From NCBI GenBank assembly GCA_964531295.1, contig CAZHHJ010000001.1, positions 1,239 through 65,238 of the forward strand: a DNA stretch of 64,000 nucleotides, written 5' to 3'. Of this stretch, positions 20,457-31,347 are shown one piece after another. Made by a program: the position numbers and the translations under genes. Positions within the stretch are counted from its first letter, which is position 1. Each line of letters opens with the position of its first letter. Under the pieces are notes generated by a model. The model was not told where the DNA came from, made no database searches, and saw only the letters and a program-made list of their open reading frames with translations. Source of the stretch: an uncultured Syntrophomonas sp. Its GTDB lineage: Bacteria > Bacillota > Syntrophomonadia > Syntrophomonadales > Syntrophomonadaceae.

Positions 20457-20819
20457 TTACTCCCCCGCGAGTTTATTAACAATATCTTTTAAGTTCATGA
20501 TATCGAAGGGTTTGGTAACGCACTTTTTCACTCCTGCTGCCAGAGCATTTTTGATCACATCCATTTCTCCGTAAGCGGTCATCATTATAATGGACATATC
20601 TTGATGCATGGAAAGAATCTGCTTAGAGGCTTCCAGTCCGTTAATATTAGGCATCTTCATATCCATCAAAATGATATCCGGCTGAAATTCACTCACTTGT
20701 GATAATGCTTCCCTTCCATCAGCAGCCGTTTTTACTATCCAGTTGTCTTTCTTAAACAGTTCCTCTAGTAGCCTTCTGACACCCTTCTGGTCGTCAACAA
20801 CCAATATCTTTTTTTGCAT
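20457..20819 (-). CDS. spo0F: single-domain response regulator, Spo0F-like
   Basis: 120-aa receiver domain only (VVDDQ, LMDMKMP, MTAYGE, TKPF). It sits immediately upstream of fba-tal, as spo0F does in B. subtilis. Confidence 0.75.
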   Translation of the reverse strand: MQKKILVVDDQKGVRRLLEELFKKDNWIVKTAADGREALSQVSEFQPDIILMDMKMPNINGLEASKQILSMHQDMSIIMMTAYGEMDVIKNALAAGVKKCVTKPFDIMNLKDIVNKLAGE

Positions 20820-20890
20820 CTACTCTCCCCCTCAAGTTTGTATAACGGCCATTCAGATACACCGCTCTATTGAAATTTTAATTATACCAT

Positions 20891-21457
20891 TTATACTATT
20901 CCAGGTATTGTTATACCCAGCAGCAAGACCATCGCCAGTATGAGCAAAATGAATATCAAGCCTGGCAAAACAAATAAAAGCAAAGCCTGGCTAGTCTGAA
21001 TTAGCAGGGCCTCCCGAATCCCAATGATCTGCAGTACCATTACCCACAAAAACGCCATAATAGAAATATTCAGGTTAATATTAAGTAAAGTCAGGGCATA
21101 ATGCAGCGGGGGGCCAAGTACCCCAGGTACGAAGGCAAATGCCAGGCAGGTTAGAATACCCGTGCCATTAGCCTGCTTAAACACAACTTCACCCAGCAGA
21201 CTATAAATTGCCGCCAGAGCAGTCAGGGCAGCAAGGGAAATTAATAATCCCATGAATAAATATACTACTATATATCCCTCAGGTAAAGACGCCGTAAGCC
21301 CCCTAGCCTTATTAAGCCCCATAGCAATGATCATATTCCATACCACTGCAAACGAAAACAAAGAAATTGCTAAAGCCACGGGTTTGCTTGCGCTTAAATA
21401 TTTTAAAGTACTTACTGGTTGAAAAACGATTCCGTATATAGTTTCGATCAGCGTCAC
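20891..21457 (-). CDS. Yip1-domain membrane protein
   Basis: 188 aa with five predicted TM helices and an N-terminal region typical of the YIP1 family (IYGIVFQPVSTLKYL). Confidence 0.65.
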   Translation of the reverse strand: MTLIETIYGIVFQPVSTLKYLSASKPVALAISLFSFAVVWNMIIAMGLNKARGLTASLPEGYIVVYLFMGLLISLAALTALAAIYSLLGEVVFKQANGTGILTCLAFAFVPGVLGPPLHYALTLLNINLNISIMAFLWVMVLQIIGIREALLIQTSQALLLFVLPGLIFILLILAMVLLLGITIPGIV

Positions 21458-21471
21458 CCTTCCAGCCCCCT

Positions 21472-22389
21472 CTAATAAATGTATTGCAGCGCTGAATACC
21501 CTGAATCAGGCCAACTCGCATGGAAGAGGCTAGTGGCGCCTAACTTTTTAAAGAATAAATCCCAGTATCCCTGGCCATTCAATACTTCTACCCTGCTGTT
21601 TTCGTCCAGACCGGTAGTCTGGCGGGCCATATCTATGGCATCATAGTAATTACCCAGGCTGTCCACCAAACCCATTTCTAAAGCCATACGGCCTGAAAAT
21701 ACTCGCCCATCAGCAATTTCCAATAATCTATCCTCTTCTATTTTACCTCTGCGTCCACGTCGAACCTGGTCTAAAAATTGCTGATAGGAATCATCGACGA
21801 TTTCCTGCAGAATTTCTCTTTCCGTATCAGTCATATCTCGATAAGACGATCCAATGTCTTTATGTTCAGCACTTTTAATAACTTCCTGACGAAGTCCAAC
21901 TTTTTCATACAGGCCTTCCAGGTTAGTTAATTCCATGATCACCCCGATACTACCGGTAAGGGTCCCCCCATTAGCTATAATGTAATCGCTGCTGCAGGCA
22001 ATCCAGTATCCTCCTGAAGCGCACACCTCTCCCATTGATACTACTACCTTCTTGCCTGCAGCCCGTATTTTATCCAGCTCTAACCCGATCTCCTGTGAAG
22101 CTACCGATGTTCCACCGGGACTGTTAATCCTCAGTAGCAATACTTTAATATCTTCTCGTTCCCCGGCTGTTCTTATAGCTTCCATGATGTCCCCGGAGTC
22201 CGCATTAACCGACATGATTAAATCCGATGATGCCTGCCCGCTGATTACCCCGTTAACCTCTATCACCCCTATGGTGTCACCACTCATACGGGCAGAGCGG
22301 GTACCTTCCTGTTTTACCTGCCACAAGGCTAAGCCCGCCATGCTCACCAGAAATATAGCCAGTAAAACCACCACCAGTTTCTTATACAT
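21472..22389 (-). CDS. sppA: signal peptide peptidase SppA, 36K type
   Basis: N-terminal TM anchor and the ClpP/crotonase-fold motifs INSPGG and ASGGYWIA. Confidence 0.9.
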   Translation of the reverse strand: MYKKLVVVLLAIFLVSMAGLALWQVKQEGTRSARMSGDTIGVIEVNGVISGQASSDLIMSVNADSGDIMEAIRTAGEREDIKVLLLRINSPGGTSVASQEIGLELDKIRAAGKKVVVSMGEVCASGGYWIACSSDYIIANGGTLTGSIGVIMELTNLEGLYEKVGLRQEVIKSAEHKDIGSSYRDMTDTEREILQEIVDDSYQQFLDQVRRGRRGKIEEDRLLEIADGRVFSGRMALEMGLVDSLGNYYDAIDMARQTTGLDENSRVEVLNGQGYWDLFFKKLGATSLFHASWPDSGYSALQYIY

Positions 22390-23584
22390 ATTCTCTCCCC
22401 CCCATAATAAGTGCTGCCGTACCCGGGTCTAAATCCTCTTCATTTATTATCTGTCCATTATAATAGTAGCGGCGCGGGATTGACTCCGCTACCAGAGTCT
22501 TACGGCTCGAAACTTCTATTTCATCCCCCACCGCTATGGTTTCGCCCTCCGGGATCTCCACCAGAGCCATTTGCATGAAAACCTTACCGCGAATCGGATA
22601 GCTTTTTCCGTTCACCAAGACCGTTTTGCTAAATCTACGGACACCTATGTAAGCCAGTATAGTCTTCAGCAGCGTTTTAAATAAATCAAGCAGTCCAGAA
22701 GGTTGATTGCCAACCTCCAGGGCCAGGCCATCTATATAGCCTACTGGGATAACTGCGATCTGGGCATCTTTATTTAAACGATAGGTTCGGTAATAACCCA
22801 GGACACTGCCCCTTTTAAGAGTTTTTAAGGATATCACCCGACACTTAAATTTAAATGGATCTCTTAACTTCATTTCTCCATGAACGCCTACCGGGTAGTG
22901 CCCGGACAGCAGGGTCCCTGATCGAATCGCATTCATCTGCATATGAGGATAAAGAACCGCTGTCGCACTATTGGCACAATGCTGCAGGGGGAAATTATAA
23001 CCCTGGGCTGCTAAGTGATCAATGATGGCTGAGAATAACTCGAACTGCTCCTGACTGCAGCGCAGCGAAACTGCTTCTGCCATATGGGTATATATGCCCT
23101 CCAGTTGCACCAGGGGATTCTGAGCCAAGATCTGGCATACCTCCAGGGCTTCCTGCCTGCCTAGGCCAAAACGGCCCAGACCAGTTTCAATTTTAAGGTG
23201 GGCTTTTACCACCTGGCTAAATTCTGAAGCTGCCTGGCTTACTAATTGGGCATCGTATTTTGATGACAGGGTAAGCGTTATTTCATACCTGACTGCTTCA
23301 GCCACCTGTTCTTCTTGGCTCAAGGGGCTAAACAGCATAATCTCTGATCTAATACCGATTTTTCTTAACTTGAGAGCTTCTGGCAGATAGGTAACGGCAA
23401 AAAAGTCGACTCCCTGGCTTTCCAGGATACTGGCGGTGCCAGCTGCGCCATGCCCGTATGCATTAGCCTTAACTACTGCAATAAGCCTTACCTGCTCCTT
23501 CAGAATAGATTTAACTTCCCGCAGGTTCTGAATAATAGCTTCTGCATCTATTTCTACCCACTGCTCTCTTCCTGCATTATACAA
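22382..23584 (-). CDS. alanine-racemase-fold (fold-type III PLP) protein, atypical
   Basis: PLP-lysine motif AVVKANAYGHG and an Alr-like N-terminal barrel. The C-terminal domain carries an insertion and non-canonical residues (see findings). Confidence 0.82.
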   Translation of the reverse strand: MYNAGREQWVEIDAEAIIQNLREVKSILKEQVRLIAVVKANAYGHGAAGTASILESQGVDFFAVTYLPEALKLRKIGIRSEIMLFSPLSQEEQVAEAVRYEITLTLSSKYDAQLVSQAASEFSQVVKAHLKIETGLGRFGLGRQEALEVCQILAQNPLVQLEGIYTHMAEAVSLRCSQEQFELFSAIIDHLAAQGYNFPLQHCANSATAVLYPHMQMNAIRSGTLLSGHYPVGVHGEMKLRDPFKFKCRVISLKTLKRGSVLGYYRTYRLNKDAQIAVIPVGYIDGLALEVGNQPSGLLDLFKTLLKTILAYIGVRRFSKTVLVNGKSYPIRGKVFMQMALVEIPEGETIAVGDEIEVSSRKTLVAESIPRRYYYNGQIINEEDLDPGTAALIMGGREYV

Positions 23585-23587
23585 TCT

Positions 23588-24673
23588 TTATTCCTCCTGG
23601 CCCTGGGCAGCTTTCTTGCCTGACCTGCTTATGTTCTGGTACAAAGGCAGGAAATTATTCCAAAGCCAATAGAAAAGGGGCGAATAAACCTGATCCCATT
23701 CTCCCATAAACTCAGTCAACTCGCCTCCGAAGCCTTTTTTGAAGCGGTATAAACCATACAAAGGATTACTTTCATCCAGATCCCCGGATACTCCCCGAAA
23801 ATCATATAAAGAACAGCCCATATCCCTGGCCCATTGAATCATGGCCCATTGAATAAGATAATTGGGCATAAAATTTCTTTTCTTGTTGCTGGAGGCTCCA
23901 TAAAGATACCACACTTTATCCCCGGTAATCATGGCCAGAGTAGCCGAAATTATTTTTCCCTCATGTTCGGCGATAAAGATTCGAGCGTAATTGTTTCCGA
24001 CCATATAATCCCAGATCCATTCAAAGTATTCGTAGCCCCTGATCAAAAATTTATCCCGCTGAGCAGTTTCCTGCAATATTTCATAAAAAGCAGCCAAATC
24101 TGCTTTGTCCTGGGCTGGTCGTATCATTACCCCTTTTTTCCCGGCCAAACGTATATTATATCTCCATTTGGAGTGCATATTCTCCAGCAGTTTAATTTCT
24201 GAAGGAGCGATATCCAGTCGGAATACAAAGCGCGGCTGTACCCCTTCAAAATTAAGTCCCGTTTGATTTTCTTTGAAGCCACAATTATGTAAAATCTCTT
24301 TATAAGTCACATCATCATTAATAATATCCGGGTCTATCTTAAGAAAAATTGCCCCATGCTCCCGGGCCGCTTTGGCTGCCCCGGCAAAAAGATGACGGTT
24401 CAATTCCTCCTGGTCCACATCAACAACCGGCCCGCGGGGGGCATAAAATATACTCTTTTTCAGGCCCGGCAGGGGCAATCTGCGCTTAAGTATGAGCAGA
24501 GCACCTCGAATCTCCCCGTTTTCTTCCAATATTAGAGGCAACTTCTGCCAACCCATTCCTTCTTTTACCTGTCCCCATTCCCACAGCTGGAGAAAATGTC
24601 CCCGGGGGTGGTGGGCAACAAAATCATCAAATCGGTCTTTCTCTTTCTCATCGATAACCCTAGTGGTAAACAT
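23588..24673 (-). CDS. FemAB-family peptidoglycan interpeptide-bridge aminoacyltransferase
   Basis: Typical FemAB N-terminus (FDDFVAHHPRGHFLQLWEWGQVK) and a C-terminal GNAT-like half (GASSNKKRNFMPNYLIQW). Start moved to the ATG at 24673, which has AAGGGAGAG upstream. Confidence 0.85.
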   Translation of the reverse strand: MFTTRVIDEKEKDRFDDFVAHHPRGHFLQLWEWGQVKEGMGWQKLPLILEENGEIRGALLILKRRLPLPGLKKSIFYAPRGPVVDVDQEELNRHLFAGAAKAAREHGAIFLKIDPDIINDDVTYKEILHNCGFKENQTGLNFEGVQPRFVFRLDIAPSEIKLLENMHSKWRYNIRLAGKKGVMIRPAQDKADLAAFYEILQETAQRDKFLIRGYEYFEWIWDYMVGNNYARIFIAEHEGKIISATLAMITGDKVWYLYGASSNKKRNFMPNYLIQWAMIQWARDMGCSLYDFRGVSGDLDESNPLYGLYRFKKGFGGELTEFMGEWDQVYSPLFYWLWNNFLPLYQNISRSGKKAAQGQEE

Positions 24674-24879
24674 CGTGTCTCTCCCTTTGTTTTTATTACC
24701 GCTTAGTCTCACCATAATAATTCACGTATATCCGCAGCCTGAGTTAATCGCCTCTTTGCTGCCGCCATCGTTAATAGTCAAATTATTTTGTAATTCTTGC
24801 CGCGGACAGTTACAAAAATTCGCTGATAAAGATCAGCCCGCTTTCTCATGGCTATCTCTGCGCCCATCAAGAAGAGAGG

Positions 24880-24906
24880 TACCCGGGCGAGACTGCAGCT
24901 CGCCCT
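24880..24906 (-). terminator. putative terminator after pyrG
   Basis: The minus-strand hairpin GGGCGAG-CTGCAGT-CTCGCCC lies 10 nt after the pyrG stop. The T-tract is weak (CTCTCTTCTT). Confidence 0.45.
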
Positions 24907-24915
24907 TATAAAATG

Positions 24916-26556
<1,641 letters not shown>

Positions 26557-26583
26557 TCAAAATCCTCTAGAATTTTACTACTC

Positions 26584-27240
26584 TTATTCCTGCCCGGTCA
26601 AGCGACTGGTGTAATCTAAAACTATTATTTCCGCCTGTTCAGGCAGATTATCGGCCGTCATTTCCAGGAATGCTTGTTTAATCACTTGATCGAATTTGGA
26701 GGTAAATTGCTCTACTGGAGACAGTTCAAAACAAAGGTGGGGGGTATTAAAATGCATAGGAATAACTACCGCAGGTTTAATAGCCTGTACAATTTCATAG
26801 GCTTCATCCGCATCAAGGGTATATACTCCTCCCACCGGCAGCAGCAATATATCTATTTTACCCAGCGCCAAATATTGTTCAGGGCTGAGTACGTGTCCCA
26901 GATCACCCATATGAAGCAGGTCGATTCCTTCGGTAGAGATTTTGAAGATAGTATTAATCCCTCTCTCCTTTCCGCCTGATTTATCGTGGAAGCTAGGAAA
27001 GCCGGATATTTTGAAGCCGTCGATATTGAATTTCCCTGTACCTTTAACCACTATCGGGTTTCCCTTTAACCTGCCGCTTGCATTGTGGTCCCAGTGATCA
27101 TGACTTACAGTGGCAATGTCCACCTCTTCTTCGTATACCGGGTACCCCAGCTTTTCATCAAAAGGATCGGTAATAAGTCTTTTCCCGCCGCTCTCAATTA
27201 TAAAGGAAGCATGGCCCAACCAGCTAATTTTCATGTTCAC
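26584..27240 (-). CDS. UPF0173-type metallo-beta-lactamase-fold hydrolase
   Basis: MKISWLGHASFIIE start and VSHDHWDH metal motif. Confidence 0.82.
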   Translation of the reverse strand: MNMKISWLGHASFIIESGGKRLITDPFDEKLGYPVYEEEVDIATVSHDHWDHNASGRLKGNPIVVKGTGKFNIDGFKISGFPSFHDKSGGKERGINTIFKISTEGIDLLHMGDLGHVLSPEQYLALGKIDILLLPVGGVYTLDADEAYEIVQAIKPAVVIPMHFNTPHLCFELSPVEQFTSKFDQVIKQAFLEMTADNLPEQAEIIVLDYTSRLTGQE

Positions 27241-27249
27241 TTAATCCCC

Positions 27250-27474
27250 TCATTTAATTCTTTTAGTATCAAAATACCAGAACCCATCTCCCTGGTAAAC
27301 TAACCGATGGTCCATATTTAAACGCGAAAAAATCGTTACCAGAGTAGATATCTGATCATCCCGGCCCATCCGGGCAGCAATTTTTTTCAAAAGGTCCTCG
27401 TAATACATGGGCTCCTGCCCTTCCAAGAGTATCTCCACGGCTAGATCTGCTTCGGTTTTCTTTTTGTTCACCAT
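27250..27474 (-). CDS. HARE-HTH protein resembling the N-terminal domain of RNA polymerase delta subunit; no acidic tail
   Basis: 74 aa (MVNKKKTEADLAVEILLEGQEPMYYEDLLKKI...FWYF). Start set at the ATG at 27474, which has AGGAGG 6 nt upstream. It occupies the rpoE position upstream of pyrG. Confidence 0.6.
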   Translation of the reverse strand: MVNKKKTEADLAVEILLEGQEPMYYEDLLKKIAARMGRDDQISTLVTIFSRLNMDHRLVYQGDGFWYFDTKRIK

Positions 27475-27484
27475 GCTTAACCTC

Positions 27485-29167
27485 CTACATATATTCAGGC
27501 GCACTAACACCCAGGATCGATAGCGCATTTTTTATCGTAATACGTGAAACCTGCATCAACAGGAGTCTGGCATCCTGCAACTCGGCCTCTACGTTTATAA
27601 CCCGATGGCGATTATAAAAACTATGGAATAATCCGGCCAGATCCAGCACATACCTGGCTATACGGTGAGGAGCCAGCGTTTGCGCAGATAGTCGAATTTC
27701 TTCCGGAAAATCAGCGATTTTCCTCAATAATGCCAGTTCCTCAGGCTCCTTCAACAAAGTGGTATCAATGCTGCTAACAGCTGACATCTTGATTCCGGCC
27801 GCTTCAGCCTGCCGAAAAATGCTGCAGATGCGAGCATGGGCATACTGAACATAATAAACCGGATTATCTTGACTCTGTTCGGCAGCCAGGCGAAGATCAA
27901 AATCCAGCTGACTGTCCGGGCTGCGCATAACAAAGAAAAACCGGGCTGCGTCTTTTCCCAGTTCGTCTATCAGTTCGTCCAGGGCAATAGTAGTCCCGGT
28001 ACGTTTAGACATTCGCACCAGGTCTTTACCCCGGTACAACCTGACCAGTTGCATCAATAAAACATCCAGCATATCCCGTTTATATCCCAGAGCTTCGATA
28101 GCATCCTTCATACGATTCACATGCCCATGATGGTCTGCTCCCCAGACATTAATTACCCAGTCAAAACCGCGCTGGTATTTATCCCGGTGATAAGCAATAT
28201 CGGCTGCAAAGTAAGTGGGCAAGCCATTAGCGCGCATTACTACGTTATCTTTATCTTCGTCAGAACTGCTGGTTTTAAACCATAAAGCACCTTCTTGCTC
28301 GTATATATAACCTTTCTCCTGCAGGGCGTCGATCACCTGCTGCACTGCCCCGGACTCATGAAGAGTTTTTTCGCTAAACCAGACATCGTATCCAATGCCA
28401 AAATTCAGCAGGGTTTTCTTGATATAAGCTACCTTTTCCTCTAGGGCATGTTCAATGATGAGTTTTCTTCTTTTCTCCTTTGGTAGTTCCGACAAATTAT
28501 CCCCATACTCTTTGATAATGTTTCTTACCGTCTGGATTAGATCCTGCCCTGCATATCCGTTCTCGGGAAATTCCACATCATGTCCGGTCAGCTGCATATA
28601 CCGTGCTTCTAGGGAATCTCCAAATATTTCAATCTGATTACCGGCATCATTAATATAAAACTCTCTTTCCACTTCATAACCGGCATACTCTAATATGTTA
28701 GCCAGAGTGTCGCCTATAGCTCCGCCTCTGGCATTCCCCATGTGCAGGTTACCGGTAGGATTGGCGCTGACAAATTCCACCTGCACCTTACAGTTGCGGA
28801 TCTCATTATGACCGAAACTATCGCCCTTTTCCTTAACCACAAAAGGTATCTCATGAAGCCATTTATCATTAAGAAAAATATTAATAAAGCCCGGTCCTGC
28901 CATTTCCACCTTTTCCAGCTGATCCAAGTGATTTAGATCGATATTATTTATTATTATCCCGGCTATCTGGCGGGGTGCCATTTTCGCCTCTCGGGCCATT
29001 ATCATAGCGGCATTACAGGCAAAATCCCCATGGCCCTTTTCCCGGGGTACTTCTATCACAAATTCCGGTATGGCACTGTATTTTATCAGTCCTTCCCTTC
29101 TGGCCAGTTCCAATGCCTCGATTATCTGGTCGTTTATTAAACCCTTAATTTCTTGAATGGGATTCAT
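27485..29167 (-). CDS. argS: arginine--tRNA ligase
   Basis: Class I motifs [15 protein letters not shown] and RMSKRTG. 560 aa. Confidence 0.97.
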   Translation of the reverse strand: MNPIQEIKGLINDQIIEALELARREGLIKYSAIPEFVIEVPREKGHGDFACNAAMIMAREAKMAPRQIAGIIINNIDLNHLDQLEKVEMAGPGFINIFLNDKWLHEIPFVVKEKGDSFGHNEIRNCKVQVEFVSANPTGNLHMGNARGGAIGDTLANILEYAGYEVEREFYINDAGNQIEIFGDSLEARYMQLTGHDVEFPENGYAGQDLIQTVRNIIKEYGDNLSELPKEKRRKLIIEHALEEKVAYIKKTLLNFGIGYDVWFSEKTLHESGAVQQVIDALQEKGYIYEQEGALWFKTSSSDEDKDNVVMRANGLPTYFAADIAYHRDKYQRGFDWVINVWGADHHGHVNRMKDAIEALGYKRDMLDVLLMQLVRLYRGKDLVRMSKRTGTTIALDELIDELGKDAARFFFVMRSPDSQLDFDLRLAAEQSQDNPVYYVQYAHARICSIFRQAEAAGIKMSAVSSIDTTLLKEPEELALLRKIADFPEEIRLSAQTLAPHRIARYVLDLAGLFHSFYNRHRVINVEAELQDARLLLMQVSRITIKNALSILGVSAPEYM

Positions 29168-29285
29168 TTTCTTCCTCCTCGAATTTGCTGCTGAAAACTA
29201 CATATATATTTTATCCCATTATGGGAAAAACTTATAAAAAAGAACTTGCCTTTCCTGATTAATTTTAAAAATAGGAGGTGTCTTA

Positions 29286-29663
29286 ATGCAACTCGAACCA
29301 GGAGAAAGATCTATCCTGGCTTATTTCTCGGACCAGCAGCAAGCTCAGCAGGCTGCTCAGGCCCTAAAAGAAAGGGGTTATGAGCATTTGCAAGTCGATA
29401 GCATTTCCCGCTATCCCAGCCGTTCGGTTTATAAGTCCTATCCGGCCAATTTATCAAGTATGGTACTGGGCAGCCGGGAATATGGCAGCCAAGAGTACGG
29501 CCTTGTCCAGGGTCCCTTGATAGCTGCAGATCCATTTGTCAGCGGTATGTCCTCCCCAGCGGAAACAACACCGGGATATTCCTACCTGCTTACCCTGGTA
29601 ACCGGGCAAGATAAAATTGCAAGCGCCCTGCAAATACTGCAGCAGTATGGAGCCAGAGTATAG
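29286..29663 (+). CDS. hypothetical protein; the N-terminus resembles the YflT / general-stress-protein-17M domain
   Basis: Strong RBS AGGAGGTG. The N-terminus SILAYFSDQQQAQQAAQALKERGY resembles YflT-type domains. The rest is low-complexity. Confidence 0.55.
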   Translation: MQLEPGERSILAYFSDQQQAQQAAQALKERGYEHLQVDSISRYPSRSVYKSYPANLSSMVLGSREYGSQEYGLVQGPLIAADPFVSGMSSPAETTPGYSYLLTLVTGQDKIASALQILQQYGARV

Positions 29664-29678
29664 CATAGCTTGCTGTCT

Positions 29679-31169
29679 TCAGAACCACTTTTGAAAAAAG
29701 GAGTCCATCTCCTGGTGGGCTTCTTTCCTAATTACCGCCAGCAGCCCCGGGGTGGTAGCAATATCAAATTTATAATCCTCCAGATAGCAGCGCAGGACTC
29801 TATCGGTAGTATCCCGGCCTAGTTCCCTTTCCAGTGCGGCCCAGAATGCCTCCCCACCATTATAAATAGTCTGATAATACTCACTGCGAGAATTCATTTC
29901 ATTTAGCGGTCGGTTCATTTTGCCGGCTGCGGCGTTTGATTGGCGCATCACCATAAGTCCCTGACAGTCTTCCTGATACTTATAGGCCGACCAGTTGGCG
30001 AGGCCCTCATCCAGCCACGGCTCAGCCAGTTGGTCATTCCCTACCATGGCATACCACCACTGGTGGGCTACCTCATGGGCCAGAATAAAGCTGCCCCGCT
30101 GGCTATCAAATCCAGGGGAAAACATTTCTTCCTGTAAAAATATTAATCCTGAATATTCCATGCCATGGAAACCCTGCATGGGAACAAAAGCGACCTTAAA
30201 GTCCAGGTAGGGATAAGAACCCCAGCGGCATGAATAATAATGCAGTATTTCTCCGCATTGCTGTGCTATTTCCTTTGCCTTATCCGTCCCGCTCCCGCCA
30301 GGCACGTAGCACTTAACCGTTATATTATGCACTTTACTTATAACTTCCTGGTAATCATATATTATCAGGAGGCAAAAATCACGCACTTTACTGGCTTCAA
30401 TCAAATAAATCTCCCGGCCATTATCTTCCGCCCATTTCTGACTGCTGCTGCCGGTGGAGACCACCTCGTAAGCTTCCGGTATGTTAACTTCGACCAGGTA
30501 ATCTGCGCAATGGAAGCAAAAGGGATCCCCAAATTTAGAATTATAAGCCATATGCCAGCCTTCCTGGTCGTACACATTAAGAACCGGATAGAAATAGCCC
30601 AGCATAAAAACCCCGTCTTTGCTGCCAAAGCGGTAAGCAATTTCCGGTATTCGGCTTCTCCAATTCATATCTATAATTATAGCCTTGTCCGGCATAATAT
30701 CAAACGGCATTATAATATGCATGGATACTCCATCCACAGAGTATTCTACTTCCCGCCCATTCACCAGCACCCCATCCAACTCCAGCCAACCGGGATTAAA
30801 ACCTTTGTAATATGCCTGGGTCGGAGCAGGTGTGCAAGCAGGAGTTTTAAAAGCATTGGGATAAATAGAAAACCATAACTCATTCATATCACTGTCGGTA
30901 GTGTTGAGGGTATAAATACTGCTGTGACCGTACAGCAAGTTGGAGGCTATATCCAGATAAAGTTCCATGTAATAACGAGTTTCATCCGGGCTGGGAAACG
31001 GCCGGAACTGAACAGCAGCCTGACTCGCAGACTCCATGCTTAATTCATCGTCCCCCCCCGATGGGCCCAGATTATCTTTCCCCAGGGAATCATGAAATGG
31101 GATGGCCAAACAGATTACCAGTATTAATACTGCCATGGCGCCGCCATAGTAGAATTTATTTTTTTTCAT
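29679..31169 (-). CDS. membrane-anchored/secreted M1-family (gluzincin) metallopeptidase
   Basis: HEXXH-X18-E: LAHEVAHQWWYAMVGNDQLAEPWLDEGLA. N-terminal signal/anchor. Confidence 0.85.
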   Translation of the reverse strand: MKKNKFYYGGAMAVLILVICLAIPFHDSLGKDNLGPSGGDDELSMESASQAAVQFRPFPSPDETRYYMELYLDIASNLLYGHSSIYTLNTTDSDMNELWFSIYPNAFKTPACTPAPTQAYYKGFNPGWLELDGVLVNGREVEYSVDGVSMHIIMPFDIMPDKAIIIDMNWRSRIPEIAYRFGSKDGVFMLGYFYPVLNVYDQEGWHMAYNSKFGDPFCFHCADYLVEVNIPEAYEVVSTGSSSQKWAEDNGREIYLIEASKVRDFCLLIIYDYQEVISKVHNITVKCYVPGGSGTDKAKEIAQQCGEILHYYSCRWGSYPYLDFKVAFVPMQGFHGMEYSGLIFLQEEMFSPGFDSQRGSFILAHEVAHQWWYAMVGNDQLAEPWLDEGLANWSAYKYQEDCQGLMVMRQSNAAAGKMNRPLNEMNSRSEYYQTIYNGGEAFWAALERELGRDTTDRVLRCYLEDYKFDIATTPGLLAVIRKEAHQEMDSFFQKWF

Positions 31170-31347
31170 ATCTTCACATCCAACTTACAAACATGTGCTA
31201 TCTGTGCAGAAATTAGCTGCCAGATCAATTAGTTTATAAGTTTAATATCGAGGTCAATATAAAAAATCTTTATTCCTGGAGTTAACAGCGGGGACGGTTC
31301 CTTTTGTCAACTTTTGCAAATTGGGGACAGTTCTCAGACTCATTTAC

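Noticed and set aside
29168-29285. Possible T-box leader upstream of argS.
   Set aside because: Only 118 nt are shared with a divergent gene. There is no AGGGTGGTACCGCG-like T-box sequence and no terminator/antiterminator pair. Only a short palindrome TCCCAT-T-ATGGGA (29214-29226) of unknown meaning is present.
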